Source: Leucoraja ocellata
Lineage: Eukaryota
Direction of reading: 5' to 3'
NCBI GenBank assembly: GCA_036785375.1
Contig: JAWMAR010000219.1
Location: 930,001 to 994,000, forward strand
Length of the DNA stretch: 64,000 bases
A program made the position numbers and the translations under genes. The notes below the pieces were generated by a model that saw nothing but the letters and a program-made list of their open reading frames with translations, ran no database searches and was not told the DNA's origin. This document shows, one piece after another, positions 52,391 through 62,187 of this stretch. How positions within the stretch are numbered: the stretch's first letter is position 1; every line of letters starts with the position of its first letter.

Positions 52391-52798
52391 GTAAGAAAGA
52401 ACTCCAGATGTTGGTTTATATCGAGGGTAGACACAAAATGCTGGAGTAAATCAGCGGGTGAGGCAGCATCTCTGGAGAGAAGGAATGGGCGACGTTTCGG
52501 GTCGAGACCCTTCTTCAGACTGATGTCAGGGGAGTGGGCGGGACAGATAGCTTGAAGTCAGGGACAGTAAGACTGGTGGGAGAACTGGGAAGGGGAAGGG
52601 GAAGGAGAGAGAAAGCAAGAGCTATCTGAAGTTAGAGAAGTCACTGTTCATACCGCTGGGGTATAAACTATCCACGTAAAATATGAGGTGCTTCCTCCAA
52701 TTTGCACTGGGCCTCACTCTGACAATGGAGGAGGCTCAGGACAGAAAGGTCAGATTGGGAATAGGAGGGGGAGTTGAAGTGCTGAGCCACCGGGAGAT
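52391..52798 (-). mobile_element. Penelope-like element 3' fragment with 14-bp TSD
   Basis: LPVAQHFNSPSYSQSDLSVLSLLHCQSEAQCKLEE..GMNSDFSNF; TSD ATCAGCCTAGATAT at 52377-52390 and 52799-52812. Confidence 0.9.
52488..52522 (-). ncRNA. Minimal type I hammerhead ribozyme motif, best-preserved copy
   Basis: Minus strand CAGU-CUGAAGA-AGGGUCUCGACCC-GAAAC-GUC: intact core, helix II, loopless palindromic helix III; helix I only about 2 bp. Confidence 0.65.
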
Positions 52799-53028
52799 AT
52801 CAGCCTAGATATTATTGATGAACAGAGCAAACTTGAGGGGAAGAAATGTTTAATCCTGTAACATTTATTATATTCTCACAGCCTTAGGTACATTTGAATG
52901 ACATTATGTTCATGTTTACCGCCAAGTCTCGTTGCAAATGATTTAAACACCTACAGCCTTTCCTTCATCATCGCAAGGTCAAAATCAAGGACCCTATTTC
53001 TTAACAGCACTGTGGGGGTACACTGGGA

Positions 53029-53358
53029 GGGCGGCACTGTGGCACAGCTGTAGAGTTGGCGTCTTATAGAGCTTGCAGCGACGGACACCCAGGTTCGATC
53101 CCGACTACGGGTGCTGTCTGTACGGAGTTTGTACGTTCTCCCCGTGACCGCGTGGGGTTTCTCCAAGATCTTCTGTTTCCTCCCACATTCCAAAGACGTA
53201 CAGGTTTGTTGCTTAATTAGCTAATTGGCTTGGTATAAGTGTAAATTGTCCCTAGTGTGTATAGTAGGATGGTGTTAATGGGTGAGGATCACTTGTCGGT
53301 GTGGACTCGGTGGGCAGAAGGGCCTGTTTCTGCGTTGTATCTCTAAACTAAACTAAAC
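53029..53358 (+). mobile_element. HE1-like V-SINE
   Basis: A box, GGTTCGATCC B box, V-domain, (AAACT)n tail. Confidence 0.88.
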
Positions 53359-53544
53359 TACTCCACCAGAGGGACATTTAATAAAAGGTTCAACCCCACC
53401 TTCTCAAGGGAAATCACGGAGAGGGACAAAATAATGTTCGCAGTAGTTGACATCCTATGAGAATAAGGAAAGAAAAAGGATTGTGTAACTATCTCTGTGC
53501 CTGGAATGCACAGCGAGGGAGGGAATGTGATAGTGGCATTTGAA

Positions 53545-53725
53545 TGGATGAATAAGTTTATGAATGAATAAGTTTATTGGCCAAGTATGTACACATACAA
53601 GGAATTTGCCTTGGTGCCCCGCTCACAAGTAACAACACGACATACAGTAAACAATTAAGAATAAAACATAAAACATTAAAACATTTAGAATAAAACATTA
53701 TAGTTTAAACATGTGACTGAAATAA
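53545..53725 (-). mobile_element. LINE 3' tail (Rex/L2-like) inserted in an old CR1
   Basis: (TTCA)n tail with AATAAA on minus strand; CATTTGAA repeated on both sides. Confidence 0.55.
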
Positions 53726-53839
53726 CATTTGAAAGGCTTTTACACAGGCAAATGGATATGCAGAGAATGGAGGGATATGGATCATATTTGTCACAGACAT
53801 TGGATTGTGGGAGTACAGTGGGAGGGCGGCACGGTGGAA

Positions 53840-54050
53840 AGTTTTGGAAACTTTGTGCTCCACCCAAGGTTTCCGTGTGGTTCCTGGAGGTTTTTGCCAG
53901 TCTCCCTACCTGCTTTCACTACTTGCAACCTCCGGCAACCACTTGCAACCTCCGGGAACCACACGGAAACCTTGGGTGGGGCGCAAAGTCTCCAGAGGTT
54001 TCCATTCAGGTTTCATAAGTGGGACAGGGGCATAAGTGGGACAGGGGCAT
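53840..54050. mobile_element. Harbinger-type MITE right half with internal palindrome
   Basis: Inverted arms at 53850-53892 and 53947-53989; CATAAGTGGGACAGGGG duplicated in tandem (54014-54047). Confidence 0.7.
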
Positions 54051-54264
54051 AAGGGTCTGCTCCTGTGATGTACTTTTCTACATTCTATGTTCTAACTAGT
54101 TTTATGACCACAGCCAGTGCATCATATGTCTAAAGATCTGTCCTGGACCCAGCACATTGTTGCATCATAAAGAAAGCCCATCAACGCCTCTACTTCCTTA
54201 GTTGAGGAGATTTGGTATGTTGACAAATATTCTCTAGGAACTTCTACAGCTGCACTGTAGAGAC

Positions 54265-54655
54265 TCTGCAGATGCTGAAATCTTGAGCAAACAAAAAGTT
54301 GCAAAAAAAAAATGCTGGAGGAACTCGACGGGTTAGGTAGCACCTGTGGAGGGAATGGACAGACAATGTTTCGGGTTGGGTTCCTTCTTCAGACCGAAGA
54401 AGGGTTCTGACCTGAAACATCATATATTAATTTCTTTCCCAGATAGACACAACATGCTGGAGTAACTCAGCTGGTCAGGGAGCATCTCAGGAAAAAAGGA
54501 ATAGATGACCTTTTGGGTCGCGATCCTTCTTCAGACTTCTTCAGTCGAGACCCTTCTACAGATGTTGCCTGATCCACTGAGTGCCTCCAGCACTTTCTTT
54601 TGGCACTTTTTGTTTGCTCAAGATTCCAGCTTCTGCAGTTTCTTGTGTCTCCAAA
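54265..54655. mobile_element. Cluster of nested and fold-back Penelope-derived repeats
   Basis: CTTCTTCAGAC|CGAAGAAGGG centre at ~54394 plus a nested minus copy. Confidence 0.7.
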
Positions 54656-55984
54656 CCAACACTAGTTACCATTTGCCTTTGTCGTAGACCTTTCCCTGTT
54701 TCTTCAGTGATTTCTAGACTCCTCCACAGCATTTTGCTTTTGTTTGAAAGTTTCCATTGTTAGTGATGTTTTAACATGTTTTCCCATCAGAACTAAACAA
54801 TGTAAATGTCACTTCATGGAGATTTGCCCTTGACAAGAGAATACTGATTAAGAATGTTTTGTTAAAAAGAAACAAAGCAGTTATCTGGCAGTTGTCTTAT
54901 AAGTAATTAAATAGCAGAGACACAGTGTTAACTTTAAGCAATGCTTTGGAATCAGTGATTGAAATGGGATGTATGATTTACAGCTTTAAAATTGGTAGTG
55001 TCATACCCATGTCACAAGGTAATTACCCCGCCCCATCATTATTTTCTCATCCTAAATTAATTATTTGTGTCGGATGCTTTGTCTAGCTTTGCCACCACTG
55101 ACTGTCATAATAAAGTTAGAATAAAAACTGTAGGTACCTCAAAACTCCACTGCTTAACTTCAGAGGTTCAGTTAGTTCTACCGAACAGATGAGATTAACA
55201 TGCTTCTCTATCTAGGGGCCAAAGTACAAAGGGAAGCAATGATGCAGACCCAGTCTTTGTGATTGCATTATTGTAATGTCAGTCATTTGCTCAGTCACTG
55301 ACGGCATGGATTGAGTCCTGTGTTAGGGTAAACTAAGACTAATGCTCTCATATTACTGCTCCATTTCCCACTTAAAATTGCCTACATTTTTGCCTACAGT
55401 TCCGTGGGACACTAGTTCCATAGCTACCACAGCTGCCATCTTATGCCATTCCACTCACTTGATTGCGATTTTGCTCTGCAAAATTCTGAATCGTGGGAAG
55501 AGAATTCCTTGGTATTAATTTATAGGCTTTGTTAATTGATGCTATTCTAAATATGTTAACAACTGCATTAAAATTGCTTATCCATGGGAAGATTTGTTGC
55601 CTCGAGCAAGGGTTCCATGCAAATGTTTCATTTCAGCTTAGTATGATATGATATGAGATATAAAGGAACTGCAGATGCTGATTTATACCAAAGATAGATA
55701 CAAATTTAATTGTCCTATCTGAGACACATGACAATAAACTCTCTTGACTTGACATGACTTGAAATCACTCATCTTTTGCCCTTTTAATGGAGTTTGATTG
55801 TGGACTAATTCTGCAAATGTGATTAATTCAAAACTGAAGACGGGGTAAGGATGGTTGATAGGGAGTTGAGGTAGCTCAAAGAAGGGTTCTAAGGGCATGG
55901 CAAAGCTGTGTAACTACCATGGGTTTTAAGGATACTATCACCATTATCTTGCTCCATACACCATCTATGTAATGAATCTTTCTC

Positions 55985-56328
55985 TTGATGACGTGCGGCG
56001 GAGGCCTTCCCGAGGTGCCGCGGCCACCGGTTGACGGGGCCGGGAGGGAACAGGAGACGTCGGGCGCTAGGAGTGGGCTGGTCAGAAGGCGAACCGGGGT
56101 AATGCCTCCAGCACCTTTAAGGTCGCCCTGCATGAGGCGCTCACAGGACACAAAGATGGCCGGGCGAGGGAGCAGAAGGACATCGGCTCCTGGGAACTGC
56201 TCCAGTACATCGAGCGCACAGGCCGACTGCACTTTGAATAATGGCAAGAAATGGGGGCGCTGGCATGTGTAATATATGCAAAATGTTCCACTGTGCAGTT
56301 GAACATGTGATAAATAAAGCATCATTAT
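55985..56328 (+). mobile_element. CpG-rich repeat with a Rex-like 3' tail
   Basis: GC-rich body ending CCACTGTGCAGTTGAACATGTGATAAATAAAGC. Confidence 0.45.
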
Positions 56329-57071
56329 GAGTAACTCTGCTGAGTTACTTCTTTATCTTACAATAGGACTCGTTTTTATTATCAATACACGTGTAAATAT
56401 TTACTTATCAAATGCATTTTATCACAACCTGGCCAACGGCAGCTCAATGTTATAGCCAAGCTCAATTTATTTTCTGCCACTGTTGGAATAGTCAAGAGTC
56501 AAGAGTGTTTTATAGCAATTGTGAATGGGAGTTAGGCTGCATTCTTTTTTGCCCTCCAACCCACAGGTACTCAGGCCTATCACACTAGTGGCTTCAGCAA
56601 TTTATGCTATTTCTCCGAGGGCTCCACTAATCACTTGCTGAAGTTACAATTGAGACAACTCCTGTGGGAATTCATGTCTGAAGTACTTAGCTATTGAGTC
56701 ATCAATAGCCCACTGGTTTGGCTCGACAATGAAATTTTACTGTAAACATTGAATGATTCATAAAAATCTAAATCCAGTGCCATGCCATTGACCTGAACTT
56801 ACCTACTGGTTTATGAGTATTCCTTATCATAGATCTGATCATTTCTCCTCAACTTCACTTTAATTACAAAGTTCTGTTTCAAATCACTGTAAGAGGTTTT
56901 AGGTTCTCATATTACATTTGATTCTCAACTATTTTTCCATGTCAAGTTGTGATACCGTTAATTGCAAAAAATGGTAACTGCTTATCGAGGAAAATTTAGT
57001 TCAATCGACGACTGGTTCTTTTCATTGCACTATTAAAAAAAAGACTTTCTTTGATAAGTATTCTGAATCGT

Positions 57072-57512
57072 GGATAGACTGGATAGACTTGGTTTATACT
57101 CTCTAGAATTTAGGAGACTGAGAGGGGATCTTATAGAAACTTACAAAATTCTTAAGGGTTTGGACAGGCTAGATGCAGGAAGATTGCTCCCGATGTTGGG
57201 GAAGTCCAGGACAAGGGGTCACAGCTTAAGGATAAGGGGGAAATCCTTTAAAACTGAGATGAGAAGAACTTTTTTCACACAGAGAGTGGTGAATCTCTGG
57301 AACTCTCTGCCACAGAGGGTAGTCGAGGCCAGTTCATTGGCTATATTTAAGAGGGAGTTAGATGTGGCCCTTGTGGCTAAGGGGATCAGAGGGTATGGAG
57401 AGAAGGCAGGTATGGGATACTGAGTTGGATGATCAGCCATGATCATATTGAATGGTGGTGCAGGCTCGAAGGGCCGAATGGCCTACTCCTGCACCTAATT
57501 TCTATGTTTCTA
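57072..57512 (+). mobile_element. Young CR1 3' fragment, same subfamily as 18788-19932
   Basis: Peptide differs from the 18887 ORF C-terminus at only 3 residues. Confidence 0.93.
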
Positions 57513-57930
57513 AGTATGGGTGTCAAGAGTTTTGTGGAGAAAGCAGGGGTTGAGAGGGGATGATAGATCAGTTACGATTGAATGGCGGAGTAGACTTGAT
57601 GGGCCAAATAGCGAAATTCTGCTCCTATAACTTATGAACATATGAACTTTGCATCACCTAATGAAATCCTGCCTACTGCTGCTAAACATCTATATAATTA
57701 AAAGTCTCATCTTGACCACTTCCAATTTACAATGTGCTTTGATTTTAGAAAAAACACTACCACATATGGCTGTGATTTTTTTGCCATTTTACTCATAGTT
57801 TTCCTCCGCTGCGCAGGCCCAGAGGATTTTTCCCATTGACTAAAAATAAAAGACTTATTAGTGTATAAAAAACTTGAGATTCTCTCTCCTGTCAATCGCC
57901 ACCATGAAGGCCACGGCCGTTCCGGTGGGA

Positions 57931-58043
57931 GGGCGGAGGGACTATAAAACCCGGAAGTGGAGGCGTGGCTCAGTCTGTCTGCAAGATGGCGAGGGAGAGG
58001 CCACAACTCTGTCTGAGCTGGGAAACTACAGAACACTGTGAGT
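57931..58043 (+). promoter_or_regulatory. Pol II core-promoter-like cassette inside the Helitron
   Basis: GGGCGG 57931, TATAAAA 57943, CCGGAAGTG 57951, Inr TCAGTCT 57970 (A at 57972, 29 nt after the TATA start), CAAGATGGCG 57982, GTGAGT 58038. Confidence 0.55.
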
Positions 58044-58080
58044 ATGCAATGTACTTGAATAAATGATTTGTTAGCCCTTA

Positions 58081-58673
58081 GAGACTGACATCGAGTGCTG
58101 CTGGAGGGTCATCAACTCGGTCAAAGACGCTCTTTGGTCTGCCCGAGCGTTGCTCACCGCCCAGCAGAGCGAGCTGTCCGTCAGGGAATGTTGCCGACTG
58201 GCCCACTGCAGACTGCAGGAGTATGTGCTAAGGGACTCGCTGAAGCTTGGTGCAGCCAACGCCAAGGCTCGGTGGGGGAGGGCCACAGTCTAGGGTCCTT
58301 CCGCTGCTGGACATGGGGGGCACGGTATGGTGGAGACGCCCCTCAAATCAAATTAAATTAAGGGAAGGTAGCCCACGCCATGGGGCCACATGAGTGGTAC
58401 GGGTGGGGGACATTATTTGTGGAAATGAAAAATGTCAAATGGAATTTTCGCACTGTAAACACTGTATATATTTATTACTTGGACAGGGGCCACAGAGTGG
58501 CACGGGTGGGGGACTGTTTGGTGAAATTTGACCAATGTAAAAAAATTGTACTGAAAAAAACTTGTATAGTCTCCGAAAATGTCGGATGAATTTTGTTTGT
58601 TTGAATGGTTCAGGAATTGTATATATTTATCAATGAATAAAGTCTATTTTGAAATAAAATTAAAAAAAAAAAA
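58081..58673 (+). mobile_element. Tx1-like (L1 clade) LINE 3' fragment with poly(A) and TSD
   Basis: ETDIECCWRVINSVKDALWSARALL..CCRLAHCRLQEYVLRDSLKLGAANAKARWGRATV*; AATAAA plus A-tail; TSD TTTGTTAGCCCTTA at 58067-58080 and 58674-58687. Confidence 0.85.
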
Positions 58674-58687
58674 TTTGTTAGCCCTTA

Positions 58688-59055
58688 ATGAAAATGAAAT
58701 GAGGTGTTTGGCCTGCCCTGTGCTTGAAACTGCAATGGCAATGAAAATGAAGTGAAAATGCAGTGAGCTGTTTGGCTTGGGCCTGCCCTGTGCTTGAAAC
58801 TGCAATGGCAATGGAAATGAAGTGAAAATGCAATGAGCTGTTTGGCTTGAGCCTGCCATGTGCTTGAAACTGCAATGGCAATGGGAATGTAGTGAAAATG
58901 CAATGAGCTATTTGGCTTGAGCCTGCCCTGTGCTTGAAAGTGCAATGGCAATGGAAATGAAGTGAAAATGCAATCAGCTATTTGGCTTGGCCTGCCGTGT
59001 GCTTGAAACTGAAATGCAATTGGAAATGAAATGAAATGAGTTGTTTGGCCTGCCT
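58688..59055. repeat. 70-bp minisatellite, about 5 copies
   Basis: GCCTGCC.TGTGCTTGAAA at 58711, 58781, 58851, 58921 and 58990. Confidence 0.93.
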
Positions 59056-60027
59056 GAGCCCACAAGGCTCCTATTAGCTGAGAAACCAGTCCCTTTTGCC
59101 CAAAATGCCCGTATTAGCCCAGGAAGAGCATTTTGGCCCAAAAGGCCCATGCCAGGCCAGGAAAAGTCCAGAAAAAGTGCATTTCACTGAGATTTAACTC
59201 AGATTTCTTTTTTAAAGAGCCCCATCAGGCCTGCACTAGCCCAGGAGATCCTTCGGCCCATCAGTAAGTATTCCCCCTGCAAGTATTAAACCTCGCCCCA
59301 GCATTTTTCACCCTCCCTTCATTTGCCCCCTGTGAGATCCAGGCCAGGATAGACTTCCCTCCTTCATTGCTGTGATCTGCAGAAAAAGATGAAAAATGTC
59401 TAAAATTGATTCTCCACCCTCCCCTTCTCTCTCACACAGAGTCTCTCACCTGTTTTGGGCAGAATTTCTGGCAGTTTCTGAGCTGCCAGCCCACCAGGCC
59501 CGAGTGACTGAGCTGCCAACCCACCAGGCCTGAATGACTGAGCTGCCAGCCCAAGAATTCATTCAACCCACAATGTCCATACTAGCCCTCTGGAAACCAG
59601 TCCCGTCGGCCCACAGCACCCATACTAGCGCTCCAGAAAGCCCCCACTGGCCAGCAATATTGGAATTGGTGGAGAGGTGGAATATTGCATTGGGGGACCA
59701 GCCCTCCCGGGTGAACATGGGACCCAATGGGTCCCACTTAGCCTAGTAAAAGTTAAAATGTAAATACGTTGCTTTTTGAAGTATTTCAAAGATTCACCCA
59801 TTCAGTGTGACGTTGTAGTTATGACCCTCTCATTCAGCAACCAGATTTCACTGAGATTCGATGGGCAGGATGCTGGTTGGTGTTGGGTTGAGCTTTTTCC
59901 AAATTTCCTTTGATTTACAAGCAGCACCCCTTAATTGTCCCACCCCAACACAAAGGTATCAGGTTTGCTGCTAGGATATCATGCATTGACCTGCAGGCTG
60001 CACTTCCGAGAAAAACAATGTTATGGG

Positions 60028-60542
60028 AAACCATGTTATAGGAAAGATATTGTCAAGCTTGAAAGGGTTCAGAGAAGATTTACAAGGATGCTGTCAGTCT
60101 AGAAGGTCTGAGTTATAGGGAGAGGTTGAGTAGGCTGGGTCTCTATTCCTTGGAATTCAGGAGGATGAGGGGTGATCTTATAGAGGTGTATAAAATCATA
60201 AGAGGAATAGATGCACAGTATCCCTTGCCCAGAGTAGGTGAATCGAGGACCAGAGGACATAGGTTCAAGGTGAAGGGGAAAAGATTTAATAGGAATCTGC
60301 GGGGTACCTTTTTCACACAAAGGGTGGTGGGTTTATGGAACAAGCTGCCAGAGGAGTAGTTGAGACTGGGACTATTCCAACATTTAAGAAACAGTTAGAC
60401 AGGTACATGGATAGGACAGGTTTGGAGGGATATGGACCAAACACAGACAGGTGGGTCTAGTGTAGCTGGACATGTTGGCCAGTGAGGACAAGTTGGACCG
60501 AAGGGCCTGTCTCCACATTATATCACTCTATGATCCTATGAT
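60028..60542 (+). mobile_element. CR1 3' fragment
   Basis: LGLYSLEFRRMRGDLIEVYKII..WNKLPE. Confidence 0.88.
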
Positions 60543-60659
60543 TTTAACACAATCCACTGACATTCAAGGAGTGGAATCCTCTGTCCCCTAAATCCACACC
60601 ACCATGTGTGCTGTTAGATGATTTTGCTCTCCCTGGCTTACATTATGCACCTGCATCCG

Positions 60660-60988
60660 TCTCTAAGTTCAAGCAACCCTTGCTTTCCCTCCCTCTCCTT
60701 CCCTCCTCATTCCCAGTTCTCTGACCAATCTTACTGTCTCCGATTACGTTTGATCTCTGTTTGCTTTGTTGTTAACTTCTCCCAGCTAACTATGATCTAT
60801 TCTACATTTTCCTTGATGTGCATTCCCTTTGTTCTATTTTCACATCTTACAACTCCTTATCTATGCATCTCCCTCTCCCCAGACATCAGTCTGAAGAAGG
60901 GTTTCGACCCTAAACGTCACCCATTCCTTCTCTCCAGAGATGCTGTCTGTCCTGCTCAGTTATTGCAGCATTTTGTGTCTATCTTCGT
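60660..60988 (+). mobile_element. Penelope-like element 3' UTR/pLTR
   Basis: Pyrimidine-rich UTR then CATCAGTCTGAAGAAGGGTTTCGACCCTAAACGTCACC. Confidence 0.8.
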
Positions 60989-61205
60989 CTCCTACTGCTT
61001 ACCTGTTGTTGCTGCTTGTGAGTAAAGAGAGAGCATAGTATGCAGTGTTGAGATGTGCCTGTCACGTTTGAATAACCAGTAGGATGCTCAATGTGTGTGA
61101 CCTTCTTCATGTGCGATGGTTTATTGAACATTTTAAGCAATGGCAGCCCTACTCTTGGGGCTTGACGCCGGGCATGAAATGCCTCCATTGTCTGCATAAT
61201 GAGGG

Positions 61206-61955
61206 TTTAATTTAGGTTAGTTTAGTTTATAGATACAGCGCGGAAACAGGCTCTTTTGGCCCACCGGTTACACGCAGACCAGCGATCTCCGCACATTAGC
61301 ACATTAACCCACCATGGACATTTCTTACTTTTACCAAGCCAATTAACCTACAAACCTGTACATCTTGGTTCTCTGGGGAATAAGGATATTTCTCATTACC
61401 TGCATGTCCTCCGTCAAGATGATCACTGTTCCAGAACTTTTAGACTACTATGGATACAGTGTGGAAACAGGTCCTTCAGTCCATCGATTCCATGCCGACC
61501 AGCGATTGCTCTGTACACTAGTTCTATCCTACACACAAAGGACAATTTACAGAAGACAATTAACCCTCAAACCTGTACGTCTTTGGAGTGTGGAGGAAAC
61601 CGGGGCTCTTGGAGAAAACGCACCAGGTCACAGGGAGAACATATGAACGTATTTATGGAATTCCCTGCCACAGAGGGCATTGGAGGACAAGACACTGGAT
61701 GGATTTAAGAGAGAGTTAGATAGAGCTCTAGGGGCTAGTGGAGTCAAGGGATATGGCAGGCACGGGTTATTGATAGGGACGATCAGCCATGATCACAATG
61801 AATGGCGGTGCTGGCAAGAAGGGCCGAATGGCCTCCTCCTGCACCTATTTTCTATATGTTTCTATGTAACTCTGTACAGATAGCACCCATAGTCAGGATC
61901 GAACCCAGGTTTCTGGCATTGTAAGCAGTAAGTCTACCGCTGTGCCACTGTGCCC
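61206..61955 (-). mobile_element. Two HE1-like SINEs (61206-61365 partial; ~61440-61955) with a plus-strand CR1 tail nested at ~61652-61866
   Basis: The SINE sequence resumes after the TTTCTATATGTTTCTATG tail. Confidence 0.8.
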
Positions 61956-62187
61956 CTCACAACTGTTTTTGCATATGGTGTTCTTCAATGTACAGCATGT
62001 CAATTTAAATTTCAAAATGCCTGCCAGCAACTTTATCACTGCCATAGGTTATTGTGACCTCAATGTTCTTCCCCTTTAGGTGGTGCAAGTTTGTTTTAAG
62101 CTGTGCTACCCACAAACCAAATGTGTCTGACTGCTGCTGTGATGAGCCATTAATGAGAATGGTTTCTCTTGACTGTGCACAGCAATC

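Larger units (their letters stand above)
57689..59746 (+). mobile_element. Non-autonomous Helitron
   Basis: 5' A|TCTATATAATTAAAA; 3' hairpin TGGGACCCA-A-TGGGTCCCA (59718-59736) then CTAG|T; A|T target with no TSD; internal minisatellites. Confidence 0.85.

Noticed and set aside
55876-56325. GC-rich ORFs or CpG-island promoter
   Set aside because: Ends in a LINE-type 3' tail; more simply a repeat
58688-59055. CRISPR-like array
   Set aside because: Contiguous tandem units without unique spacers; eukaryotic context; no cas genes
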